This document shows, one piece after another, positions 7,809 through 16,783 of a stretch of DNA of 32,000 nucleotides. Within the stretch, counting starts at the first letter, position 1, and each line of letters starts with the position of its first letter. The notes under the pieces are model-generated. The model did not search any database, was not told the origin of the DNA, and worked only from the letters and a program-made list of their open reading frames with translations. The stretch is from an uncultured Alphaproteobacteria bacterium. Lineage in GTDB: Bacteria > Pseudomonadota > Alphaproteobacteria > Rhizobiales > Xanthobacteraceae. A program made the position numbers and the translations under genes. The DNA lies in contig CAWJYQ010000014.1 in assembly GCA_963847045.1 (NCBI GenBank), positions 371,573-403,572 on the forward strand, in the 5' to 3' direction.

Positions 7809-9240
7809 GGCCCGCCTCCGGTTCGGCGAAAGGCACCGTGAATTCGAATACGGTACCGCCGCCGTCGTTGGCGCGGGCGTTGATGCGGCCGCCATGCGCC
7901 TCGATGATGGTTCGACAGATTGAAAGCCCCACTCCCATGCCGCTCGCCTTGCTGGTTACAAAGGGTTGAAACAGATGCTTCGTGATTTCCGGTGCGATCC
8001 CGGTCCCGGTATCGGCCACCGAGAAAAATGCGAAGCCGTTCTGCCGCGCCACGCCGATGGTCAGCTCGCGGCGGCCAGTGGTTTCCATCGCCTCCACCGC
8101 GTTCCGGATCAGATTGAGCGCGACCTGCTGGATCTGGATCTTGTCGGCGATGATGTCGGGCAGCTCATGATCGCAGCGCAGCGAAACGCGCACGCCGAGC
8201 TCCCGCGCGCCGACCAGGGCGAGCGCAGCAGCCTCTTCGAGCAGCACCGCCGGATTTTCCAGGCTGTGATCGGTCTCCCCCTTGGCGACGAATTCGCGCA
8301 AGCGCTTGATGATGTCGCCGGCCCGCAGCGCCTGCTCGGAGCTTCGATCCAGCGCCTCGATCACCCGTTTCCTGTCGGGCTGTTCGGACTTCAGCAGCGT
8401 CGCCGCCCCGCGAAGATAGCTGGTAATGGCCGAGAGTGGCTGGTTCAGCTCATGCGCCAGCGAGGAAGCCATCTCCCCCATCGCGGTCAGGCGCGACACA
8501 TGGACCAGTTCGGACTGCAGCTCCTGCATGCGTCGCTCCTGCGTCCGGCGCTCCGTCAGGTCGCGAACGAAGCCGGTGAAGAACTGCTCGTTGCCGATTT
8601 TGGCCTCGCCCACCGCCAGCTCCATGGGGAAGGTCGACCCGTCCTTTCGCTCGCCAACCACGATGCGCCCGATCCCGATGATGCGGCGCTCGCCCGTGCT
8701 GCGGTAGCGATGCAGATAGCCGTCGTGCTCCTGCCGGTAGGGCGTAGGCATCAGCATCGAGACATTCTTGCCGATGACCTCGGTGGCCTGCCAGCCGAAC
8801 AGGCGCTCGGCCGTAGCGCTGAAGGAGCGCATGATGCCGTGATCGTCGATCACGATCATCGCTTCCGGCACGGTGTCGAGGATCGACTGGAGCTGGGCCT
8901 GCCGGTACCTCGCATCCTCCGTCTCCTGCAGCAGCCGGCCGCCGATCACGCCGAGGATCGGCCCCATTACCGCGAAAAATGACACGTCGATCAGGTTCGC
9001 CGGATGGGTGTATACGCTGTCCCCGAGGAAATATGCGCTGATGCCGAGACACAGCACCGTCGCAAGGATGGCCGGGCCGCGACCGCCGACGAACGCAGCG
9101 AACACCACGACCGGGACATAAATCACCGTAAAGGTGCGGTCTTCGAAGTAGCTCCGAAGGGTGAGGCTGATGACGAATACGACCAGCGCCGCGGCAGCCG
9201 CCGACCCATATCGAAGCCAGAAACGACGCCTTGTAGTCAT
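7798..9240 (-). CDS. fixL: FixL oxygen-sensor histidine kinase (N-terminal multi-TM region, haem-PAS, HisKA, HATPase), 480 aa
   Basis: Haem-PAS signature [46 protein letters not shown]-box [14 protein letters not shown]-box [10 protein letters not shown]-boxes DTGTGI and GMGVGLSI. About four hydrophobic helices occupy the first ~105 aa. Confidence 0.9.
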   Translation of the reverse strand: MTTRRRFWLRYGSAAAAALVVFVISLTLRSYFEDRTFTVIYVPVVVFAAFVGGRGPAILATVLCLGISAYFLGDSVYTHPANLIDVSFFAVMGPILGVIGGRLLQETEDARYRQAQLQSILDTVPEAMIVIDDHGIMRSFSATAERLFGWQATEVIGKNVSMLMPTPYRQEHDGYLHRYRSTGERRIIGIGRIVVGERKDGSTFPMELAVGEAKIGNEQFFTGFVRDLTERRTQERRMQELQSELVHVSRLTAMGEMASSLAHELNQPLSAITSYLRGAATLLKSEQPDRKRVIEALDRSSEQALRAGDIIKRLREFVAKGETDHSLENPAVLLEEAAALALVGARELGVRVSLRCDHELPDIIADKIQIQQVALNLIRNAVEAMETTGRRELTIGVARQNGFAFFSVADTGTGIAPEITKHLFQPFVTSKASGMGVGLSICRTIIEAHGGRINARANDGGGTVFEFTVPFAEPEAGHER

Positions 9241-9420
9241 CGGGCGGCCCGCTCCATCACCGCTGTGAAAATCAGCCTTCTTTTCACCAAATCTAACCCA
9301 AAAGTGAATACTCCGGCGTCTGGGAAGCCGGCGGGATCGCCGATAGCGTCACTTCTACCTGCAACGGGCGATGTCGAACAGGGTGAGGCGAGGCTGACCG
9401 TAGACCGGACGGTAGCAGAC

Positions 9421-9558
9421 TTGAACATCGAGCATTTCAGGAAGCTGTTGGCGGCCGAAGAGGATCCCGTCAAGCGGCAAACGATCGCGTGCCTGCTCGC
9501 CGAGGAAGAGGCCAAGCTTGCCGATCAGACCCGAAACCGCGAGGAAAGCAAGGGCTAG
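9421..9558 (+). CDS. Possible very small protein (45 aa from TTG), hypothetical
   Basis: The helical-looking tail of track ORF 9004..9558 reads (M)NIEHFRKLLAAEEDPVKRQTIACLLAEEEAKLADQTRNREESKG. There is no in-frame ATG, the TTG at 9421 has only a weak SD, and the upstream part of the ORF is antisense to fixL. The start and the existence of this gene are both uncertain. Confidence 0.3.
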   Translation: MNIEHFRKLLAAEEDPVKRQTIACLLAEEEAKLADQTRNREESKG

Positions 9559-9755
9559 CCCTTCCCTTGCCACAGGCGCCAATGCGTCGGGCTGACGAGG
9601 ACACGTTCCTTGGTCATGGCCTTGACCCAGCCGGCCGGGGTCCGGCGGCAAGCGAACACCAGCTGATGCACGTGGTCGCCCTCGATCACCGCAAGTTCAA
9701 GCTCGCGGTCGAAGGGAGCCGTTCCAATCCTTTCCCATATTTGTCCGTCGTTCAT
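9555..9755 (-). CDS. Small hypothetical protein (66 aa)
   Basis: Track ORF 9555..9836 starts at a GTG with an Arg-rich extension. The ATG at 9755 gives MNDGQIWERIGTAPFDRELELAVIEGDHVHQLVFACRRTPAGWVKAMTKERVLVSPTHWRLWQGKG, which has a protein-like composition. Confidence 0.55.
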   Translation of the reverse strand: MNDGQIWERIGTAPFDRELELAVIEGDHVHQLVFACRRTPAGWVKAMTKERVLVSPTHWRLWQGKG

Positions 9756-9881
9756 CGCGTCTGGTCTCGCACTGCGTCTCTTCTGGGCCCATGCCGAGCC
9801 GCGGATGCCACGAAGCGCGCCCGCCCTGCGCCTCACGGCGGTCCCGAAAGATGAAGCATAAACGCGGATCGCTTATCGCGG

Positions 9882-9895
9882 TTGACCTAGGTCAA
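9882..9895. promoter_or_regulatory. FixK/FNR-type box TTGACCTAGGTCAA (perfect 14-bp palindrome)
   Basis: Lies between the 3' end of the DUF5107-like gene and the small minus-strand gene. It is centred 133 bp from ATG 9755, or 52 bp from the alternative GTG at 9836. Confidence 0.45.
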
Positions 9896-9924
9896 CATGC
9901 GGTGTGCCCCGGAAAGACACGGAG

Positions 9925-11373
9925 TCATTGTTCCAACGCGTGCGCCGCGATCAGTTCCTTGCCGTCCGCGGCCCTGATCGTCAACCGCACCTGTTCGCCT
10001 TTGTGACCTGCGGGAATGGCGGCAGAAATGCGATTGCCGACCTTCGGGTCGGCTATCACGGTATCGTCGAACAAAACAGCCTCGCCGCGCTTCACCGTAA
10101 CGCGGAGCGGTGTGGCCGGCTCGAGGCTGAAGAACTGAAGGTTCACAGCGGACGCCTCGGCCGAAAGATTGACCAGGATGTTTTCGTTCGCCTGCGTCAC
10201 GCTGCTTAGACCGACACTCGGGCTGTAGGTTTCGGGGATCGAGACTTCGCCCAGCGCGGGAAAGCTGGCGGCATGGAAGAACTGGTCGGACACGCCGGCC
10301 CACAATTCGACGTAGGGCTGCGCGGGGTTCGGCTCCTTGCGCGGGTCGGTTTCGTTCGCAAACGTCGGGAAGCCCCAGGTCCACATTTTGAGGCCTGGCG
10401 TGATCCCGTTGTCGGCGATGCGGATGATGCCCTCTTCGTTGTCGTGGTTGATCACGCCCCAGAAATTCGCGCCTCCCATGTCGGGCGCCGCGTAGGCGAT
10501 ACCCATCGTCGGCCAGTTCCTGAAATTGCGCAGCTTTTCGAAACGGCTCCGACCCGGACCCGCGCTCTCGTCGCCCTCGGCAATATTGGCTGACCAGCGC
10601 GGCGTGCTGTAGGCCGCGATCGGCGCGATGATCTCGGCGCCGCCGGTGGTTTTGGGATTGCCCGGGTCTGATCCCGGCGCCAGCGTCGTGCAGGTCCAGT
10701 ATTCGTAGTCGACCGCCGCGTTGTTGGGATTTCTCAGCACCAGCCGCGCATCCAGCGCGGCGCGGCCGGCTTTCAGCGTGACGATGTAGGTCGCCTGCAG
10801 GCCCGTCGCGCCCTTCCTGAACTTCGCCGGCGGCGCCGAATACGCGAAATCATCTGTGATCGACATGGACACCGTCACCTCGCCGGCCGTCTCCTTCACT
10901 ACTTTGAAATCCCACGGCTTCAGCCAGGTCTTGCCATGCTCGGGATCCGGGAAGGTCGGGAAGATGCCGCCATACACCATCATCCAGTCGTAATAGAAAT
11001 TGCCGTCCTTTATCCCATAGGGCGTGCCGACCTGGCTGCGATAAAGCTCTTCGTGGCCGGTCGGCTTGTAGATGATGGAAAGGATGCGTCCGCCGAATTC
11101 GGGCAGCAGCGTCACCCTCAGATAGCGATTCTCGAGCACATAGGTCTTGAAGGAGCGCTCGACGATGGTCTTGGTGTCGAGCGAGCCGTCGACAAATCCG
11201 TTCTCCGCGTCCGTCGAATATTTGACGGCGCTCCAGACCATCGTCGACTCGCTGAGCGACACACGGTCGGGCTCCGGCGATGCCGCGTGCGCGGCAGATC
11301 GAAGCATGCAAACCGCCGCAAGCACGGCAGCCGCGAAACGGATGGAACTGCGCAAGGGAGTTCGAATGGCCAT
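9925..11373 (-). CDS. Secreted DUF5107-like / aldose-epimerase-fold protein (482 aa)
   Basis: Signal peptide MAIRTPLRSSIRFAAAVLAAVCMLRSAAHA. YVLENRYLRVTLLPEFGGRILSIIY and NFWGVINHDNEEGIIRIAD resemble the DUF5107/mutarotase-like pattern as I remember it. The CDS call is firm; the family name is tentative. Confidence 0.75.
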   Translation of the reverse strand: MAIRTPLRSSIRFAAAVLAAVCMLRSAAHAASPEPDRVSLSESTMVWSAVKYSTDAENGFVDGSLDTKTIVERSFKTYVLENRYLRVTLLPEFGGRILSIIYKPTGHEELYRSQVGTPYGIKDGNFYYDWMMVYGGIFPTFPDPEHGKTWLKPWDFKVVKETAGEVTVSMSITDDFAYSAPPAKFRKGATGLQATYIVTLKAGRAALDARLVLRNPNNAAVDYEYWTCTTLAPGSDPGNPKTTGGAEIIAPIAAYSTPRWSANIAEGDESAGPGRSRFEKLRNFRNWPTMGIAYAAPDMGGANFWGVINHDNEEGIIRIADNGITPGLKMWTWGFPTFANETDPRKEPNPAQPYVELWAGVSDQFFHAASFPALGEVSIPETYSPSVGLSSVTQANENILVNLSAEASAVNLQFFSLEPATPLRVTVKRGEAVLFDDTVIADPKVGNRISAAIPAGHKGEQVRLTIRAADGKELIAAHALEQ

Positions 11374-11739
11374 TACTGCGCCTCGTAAACGGCAGAAGCG
11401 ACAATTCTAGGACATTGATGCCGGCGGCGGTATCCGGGCACGTGACCCCGTTTACACCGAATTTCGTGAGCCGGCGTTGTGATGTCAAACACGTCGAAGC
11501 TTTAGCGAAGGCGGCAAGCCGGGCGATGACATCAAACCAGCCATTTGACCTTCGAATTCGAAAACAGGCCCGTCAGCGAAGCAGGCTTGCCATGCGAAGC
11601 ATCACCGCAACACGGATCGTAGCTCAGTGAGCGGTAACGACGACCCGATCGATCACGCGACTACAATTAACTTTCGGTAAAATCGAATTCTCCGGCGTCC
11701 TTCCTATCTGCATAGAGGGCGCCAAATTCGGAGAAGACC

Positions 11740-12030
11740 ATGAAACCAGTTCAGAAGAGTATGATGATGGCTGCGCTGATCGCATCCTCTGCATTCGCAT
11801 TCGTTGTCATGTCATCGCCTGCTGCCGAGGCGGGACCGATCGTGCCTTCCGGTCACGCTTGCCTGGAATATGACGAGGGCGGGACGGATTGCGGCTTTAC
11901 CAGCTATAGCCAATGCCTTGCAACGGCATCGGGCATCGGCGCGGAATGCTATGGCACCACGGCCCGCGATGATGCGGACGATTGGCGTGGCTTTGATGCC
12001 TGGAACGGGTACCGGGCCGGACGATCCTGA
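11740..12030 (+). CDS. DUF3551-like small secreted Cys-rich protein (96 aa)
   Basis: GGAGAAG SD and a signal peptide are present. CLEYDEGGTDCGFTSYSQCLATASGIGAEC matches the four-Cys DUF3551 pattern common in Bradyrhizobium (from memory). Confidence 0.7.
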   Translation: MKPVQKSMMMAALIASSAFAFVVMSSPAAEAGPIVPSGHACLEYDEGGTDCGFTSYSQCLATASGIGAECYGTTARDDADDWRGFDAWNGYRAGRS

Positions 12031-12312
12031 CACGCTTGCGGCAGCGGCGCTACGCGCGAGCGCGGAGCATGTCGCCGATGCGTCTGCTCGTTTGAACTAA
12101 CACGACGACTCCCGAGACTGCGCGTTCGTTCAGGCAAACTGCGTGCGGATCAGAAATACCAACCCGACGCCAGAGGTCTAATCTGAAAAAGCCGTGCTTG
12201 AAATGAGCTGCAAGTGCAGAACGGATGAGGTAATGCTTTCCGCGGGGCGGTGTTGTTGTTGAATTCACCGTGTTTGGATCATTTGCTCGGCTCAAGAGCA
12301 AAGGCATATCGG

Positions 12313-13620
12313 ATGCGCACCACGGCGTTCGCGGCCCCGCTGCTCCTGTCGCTTGTCCTGTCCGTGGCCGCGGCATCTGCAGTCAGCGGAGATACCGGCG
12401 TCGGTCCACCGCCCGCGCTGGAGCCAGGGAAGGCACCGCCACTGCCCGAGCAAGGACCGCTGGCCGAGCCGCGCTCGTCAGATCAGATCGGCTTTCCTGC
12501 GGCGCTGACGGCATCAGCGATCCCTCCGGCCAGCCCGATTACGCCTGCCGCGGTTGCATTGGGTGAGAAGCTGTTCTTCGACGGCCGGCTCTCGGATGAC
12601 GGTACCGTCGCGTGCGCCACATGTCACGATCCGGCGCGCGCCTTCACCGATGGGAGGCCGGTGTCGATCGGGGTCCATGGCCGCGCCGGTCAACGCAATG
12701 CTCCAACCATACTGAATGCACTCTACAACAAGACGCAGTTCTGGGATGGCCGCGTCGATACGCTGGAGCAGCAGGCGGCACTTCCGATCACTAACCCCTT
12801 CGAGATGGGTTCATCCAGTCTCGCCGATACCGTGTCCAGGATCACCGGCGACAAGAGCTATCAAGCGCAATTCATGCAGGCCTTCGGTCGTGGCGTGAAC
12901 GAACAGGATATGTTGCGCGCGATCGCGACCTATGAACGGACTTTGGCCTCCTTCGATTCTCCCTTTGACCATTTCATCGCCGGAGACGCCGACGCCATCA
13001 GCGACTCGGCCAAGCATGGCTGGGAGTTGTTCAATACCAAGGCTCGCTGCAACCTCTGCCACGCCTTGGCGGACAACAAGCGCGATGTAACTGTTTTCAC
13101 CGACAATGACTTTCATAACATCGGCGTCGGAATCCTCCGGCACAATGTCGGTCCCCTGGCACAGCAGGCGGAACGAGAGCTTGCGCAAGGACGTCTGCCG
13201 GATGTCGATACCGCGGCGATCACAAGCGAGATGTCGGTGCTGGGGCGCGTTCTCATCACCAAACGGCAGACCGACATTGCAGCATTCAAGACGCCTGGCC
13301 TGCGAAATGTCCTCGTGACGGGGCCCTACTTCCATGACGGCTCGATGCAAACCTTGTGGGATGTCGTGGATCACTACAACCATGGTGACGGTCTCACCGA
13401 CCCATGGCTTGACGAGGATATCCAGCCGTTGGCTCTGACCGAGCCCGAGATCGATGACCTGGTGGCGTTTCTTGCCTCGCTGACAAGCTCTCCCTACAAA
13501 CAGGCCGGCGATCGGGAGTACGCGCGCCAGCTCGCGTTATCCAGAGTTGATCGTCCACAACGGGACACCGCGCGCGCCTTCGGCCCGAAGCCGCCGCAGC
13601 CAAAGCCGCCGCCATTTTGA
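12313..13620 (+). CDS. Di-haem cytochrome c peroxidase (CcpA/MauG family), 435 aa
   Basis: Two CxxCH motifs (CATCHD, CNLCHA), plus QRNAPTILNA, FWDGR and PYFHDGS. The ATG at 12313 gives a signal peptide, MRTTAFAAPLLLSLVLSVAAASA. Confidence 0.9.
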   Translation: MRTTAFAAPLLLSLVLSVAAASAVSGDTGVGPPPALEPGKAPPLPEQGPLAEPRSSDQIGFPAALTASAIPPASPITPAAVALGEKLFFDGRLSDDGTVACATCHDPARAFTDGRPVSIGVHGRAGQRNAPTILNALYNKTQFWDGRVDTLEQQAALPITNPFEMGSSSLADTVSRITGDKSYQAQFMQAFGRGVNEQDMLRAIATYERTLASFDSPFDHFIAGDADAISDSAKHGWELFNTKARCNLCHALADNKRDVTVFTDNDFHNIGVGILRHNVGPLAQQAERELAQGRLPDVDTAAITSEMSVLGRVLITKRQTDIAAFKTPGLRNVLVTGPYFHDGSMQTLWDVVDHYNHGDGLTDPWLDEDIQPLALTEPEIDDLVAFLASLTSSPYKQAGDREYARQLALSRVDRPQRDTARAFGPKPPQPKPPPF

Positions 13621-13775
13621 TTGATCGCCGAACCGGCATGCCCCCAAAATTCACGAGCGTGTGTGTCGAGAGAGACCCCGTGACGAATACTGCCGCATTG
13701 AACGATCCCGGCGAGGCGGCAGCGTTGGCGGGTTCAGCCGCCGAGGGCGAGAACTGCCCACGGCAGGCGATCGTG

Positions 13776-14444
13776 ATGCTGGAAACCAGGCATCTGTCCA
13801 GGCGTGTCGGACAACGGCTGCTCGTCCAGGACGTCAGTGTCCAGGTCTCGGCGGGTGAGATTCTCGCCGTCGTCGGGCCGAGCGGAGCCGGGAAGTCGTC
13901 GTTCCTCCGGCTGCTCAACCGGCTGGACGAGCCCACGTCCGGCACCGTTCTGCTCCATTCAAGGGACTACCGGTCAATCGCTCCGCAGGAATTACGGCGG
14001 CGCATTGGCATGGTCATGCAGACAGCCTTTCTGTTTCCGGGCACGGCTTCCGCGAACATCGCGTTCGGACCGCGCCAGCGCGGCGAAGCCATGGCGCCCA
14101 CGCAGATCGCTACGCTGCTCGAGCGGGTCGGCCTGTCCGGATTTGCCGACCGTGACATCGGCAACCTTTCCGGCGGCGAGGCCCAACGCGTCGCGCTGGC
14201 TCGAACGCTGGCAAATGCCCCTGAGGTTCTGCTGCTCGACGAGCCGACCTCCGCACTCGATGAGGTGTCCGTGCACGGTGTCGAGGAGCTCCTCCTCGGC
14301 ATCGTTCGAGAACGGCGAATGGCCTGCGTGATCGTCACACACAATCGCGAGCAGGCAATCCGTCTCGCGGACAGGACGGTGATCATGGAAGCAGGCCGAA
14401 TTGTCGCGATCGGCGCAACCAGAGAGGTGCTGCATGATGGCTGA
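13776..14444 (+). CDS. fetA: ABC transporter ATP-binding protein, FetA/YbbL-like
   Basis: Walker A GPSGAGKSS, signature LSGGEAQR, Walker B LLLDEPTSALD. It is paired with a FetB-like permease with overlapping stop/start. Start chosen at ATG 13776 (MLETRHLSRRV); the longer track ORF begins at 13617. Confidence 0.75.
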   Translation: MLETRHLSRRVGQRLLVQDVSVQVSAGEILAVVGPSGAGKSSFLRLLNRLDEPTSGTVLLHSRDYRSIAPQELRRRIGMVMQTAFLFPGTASANIAFGPRQRGEAMAPTQIATLLERVGLSGFADRDIGNLSGGEAQRVALARTLANAPEVLLLDEPTSALDEVSVHGVEELLLGIVRERRMACVIVTHNREQAIRLADRTVIMEAGRIVAIGATREVLHDG

Positions 14445-15267
14445 ACTGCAGAGCAGCATAGGCAGCGACGTATTGATGGGTCTCGCTCAGGCCGTCGGTG
14501 CCATCGCGCTGTGCGCGGCCGTGGTCGCGCTTTGCCGGTGGCACGATGTCCGAGTGGAGCGCGAGACGGCCGTATCGATGGCACGTGGCCTCGTGCAGAT
14601 GGTATTTGTCGGAATGATTCTGGCCTTGCTGCTGCACGGCAGCCTGCTAATCGGATCTCTCATCTTATTGATGATGACAGTCGCCGCGGCATTCACGGCT
14701 GCGCGCCGCCTGCAGGGAATGGATGGCGCACTGCTGCTGTGCTTCCGGGCCATTGCCGCCGGCGCGGGAACCGTGATCGCGGCGATGCTCGCGACCCGAA
14801 GCCTTCAGGCTGACATCTCGATACTCGTGCCTGTCGGCAGCATGATCATCGCCAACGCGATGAATGCATGCGCACAGGCCGCGGAGCGATTCCGGGCCGA
14901 AGTCCTCGCCCACGTCGGTCAGATCGAAGCAGGCCTCTCGCTGGGCGCGGAGCCTGCGGTCACGGTCGCGCCCTATCTTCAGAGCGCCGTCTATGCGAGC
15001 CTTCTGCCCCGGCTCGACATGCTGAAGTCTCTGGGGCTGGTGTGGATCCCGGGAGTCATGGCCGGCATGATGGTGTCCGGCGCAAGTCCGGTCTATGCCG
15101 CCATCTACCAGTTCGTCGTCGTGGCCATGATCCTGGCTGCCTCAGGTATTGCCGGCCTCGTCGCCACCGTTCTCATGCGGTCCCGTGTGTTTTCCTCAGG
15201 GGCGCAGTTGGCGCTTCGGCCCGCAGCGTCAACGTCGAGCCCTGCGAGGTTGTCACCCATGTCTTAG
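14434..15267 (+). CDS. fetB: FetB/YbbM-like (UPF0014) ABC exporter permease
   Basis: ARGLVQMVFVGMIL...VPVGSMIIANAMNA...SLGAEP...LKSLGLVWIPGVMAGMMVSGASPVYAAIYQ is collinear with E. coli FetB as I recall it. The start ATGATGG overlaps the fetA stop. Confidence 0.75.
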   Translation: MMAELQSSIGSDVLMGLAQAVGAIALCAAVVALCRWHDVRVERETAVSMARGLVQMVFVGMILALLLHGSLLIGSLILLMMTVAAAFTAARRLQGMDGALLLCFRAIAAGAGTVIAAMLATRSLQADISILVPVGSMIIANAMNACAQAAERFRAEVLAHVGQIEAGLSLGAEPAVTVAPYLQSAVYASLLPRLDMLKSLGLVWIPGVMAGMMVSGASPVYAAIYQFVVVAMILAASGIAGLVATVLMRSRVFSSGAQLALRPAASTSSPARLSPMS

Positions 15268-15319
15268 GTACGACCTGTTACCCCATGTCTCCGGGCTGGA
15301 CATTGGACAAGAAGGTGGA

Positions 15320-15336
15320 TGGCGGAGAGGGAGGAA
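15320..15336 (-). other. Possible tRNA-Ser 3'-end remnant (candidate att core)
   Basis: The plus-strand TGGCGGAGAGGGAGGAA is the reverse complement of ..TTCCTCCCTCTCCGCCA. That reads as a Ser-type acceptor 3' strand CCTCTCC, discriminator G, CCA and part of a T-stem. No cloverleaf can be folded from the flanking DNA. Confidence 0.3.
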
Positions 15337-15454
15337 GCTCAACTAAAGTCCGTGATAGGCCGACGCGGTCCGGCTTAGGTAATCGAACCAACCCCTTATC
15401 CTGGCAGATGGTCCTCGACCGTCCTGGCTGAACCTGTCAAATCCAAACTTTTTT

Positions 15455-16639
15455 GTGGTATGGATTGTGGTCATGGTTCGACCACATCCGAATCAAGCTC
15501 TGTCCTCGCTCCGTGTCAAAAACCTATCGGCTCCCGGCCGTTACGCCGACGGAAACGGACTATACCTCGTTGTCGACCCGTCCGGCGCGAAGCGTTGGGT
15601 GCTCCGCACCGTCGTCCAGGGGAAACGTCGCGACATCGGCCTAGGCGGCCTCCGTCTCGTCACTCTGGCCGAGGCGAGAGCGAAAGCCCTCGAATATCGC
15701 AAGCTCGCGCGAGACGGTGGCAACCCGATCGAGCTTCGCCGCAAGGAGAGGATTTAAGTCCCGACGTTCGCTGAGGCGGCGCTCGCCACTCTCGAACAAC
15801 ACCAAGCCGGCTGGCGGAACGAGAAGCACGCGGCGCAATGGATGGCGAGTTTTCGGCTACACATATTCCCCGTGCTGGGCGACAAGCGTGTAGACCAGAT
15901 CGAGACGGCAGACGTTCTCAGGGCTTTGTCCCCCATCTGGCACGCCAAGCCGGAAACCGCTCGCCGCATCCGACAGCGGATATCGACGATCCTGAATTGG
16001 GCAAAGGCCGCCGGTCACCGGACCGGGGACAACCCCGTTGACGGCGTAACCAAGGGGCTGCCGCGCCAGAACGAGAGGCGGACCCACTTCAGCGCCATCC
16101 CCTACGAAGACGTCCCCAAGTTCGTCCGCGACCTGCAGGGCGTCAACACCAACCAGTTTGCGCGACTCGCGTTCGAGTTCCTGATCCTCACGGCCGCGCG
16201 CACCAATGAAGTTTTGAAGGCTCGATGGGACGAGGTGGACTTCATTGGACAAACCTGGACTGTCCCGGCCCACAGAATGAAAGCCGGTCGCGAGCATCGG
16301 GTCCCGTTGTCGCCACGAGCGATGGCATTGCTACAATCGGCTCGGGGGCTGAGGGACGGCTCCTCATTCATCTTTCCGGGCCGGAGCCTTGATGCACCGA
16401 TGTCGAATATGGTCTTCTTGATGTTGTTACGCCGAATGGGGGCGAGTTTCACCGCGCACGGCTTTCGATCGGCGTTTCGCGATTGGGCTTCCGAATGCAC
16501 TAATTTCCCAAGGGAGGTTTGTGAGAAGGCGCTGGCGCATTCGATCAAAGACAAAACCGAAGCCGCTTACCGCCGCGGCGACCTTTTCGCCAAACGTGCA
16601 GAATTGATGACGGCTTGGGCCGACTACGTGGTGGAATAG
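15455..16639 (+). pseudogene. P4-type tyrosine integrase (DUF4102 N-domain + catalytic domain) interrupted by one in-frame TAA at 15755-15757
   Basis: Track ORFs 15455..15757 and 15842..16639 are in the same frame. The 84 nt between them translate in that frame to VPTFAEAALATLEQHQAGWRNEKHAAQW, which is typical P4-integrase sequence. Catalytic residues are present downstream (LTAARTNEV, HGFRSAFRDW, EAAYRRGD). The likely ATG is at 15473. Confidence 0.8.
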
Positions 16640-16783
16640 GTCACCCTTCGGGTGGGACGCGCGTGTCCACGATACAAGAAAACAGAAGTATAGACTGCAC
16701 TGCAACGTAAGGTATCCCTCGATACTCGCCCTTTTTCGCTGACGCCGTCTGCGTAGCCGCCGCTAATTGCTCAAAGGTCCGGT

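Noticed and set aside
7966-8982. 338-aa plus-strand ORF
   Set aside because: Antisense to fixL, with low-complexity composition.
12031-12312. FixK/FNR box upstream of the cytochrome c peroxidase gene (a known type of FixK target)
   Set aside because: I found only an unrelated inverted repeat, TTGCTC-N7-GAGCAA. There is no TTGA-N6-TCAA or accepted variant with correct spacing.
15320-15412. Possible intact tRNA (Ser) or tmRNA piece next to the integrase
   Set aside because: Only the last ~17 nt resemble a tRNA 3' end. I could not pair a T-arm, an anticodon arm or a 5' acceptor strand on either strand, so it is kept only as a possible att remnant.
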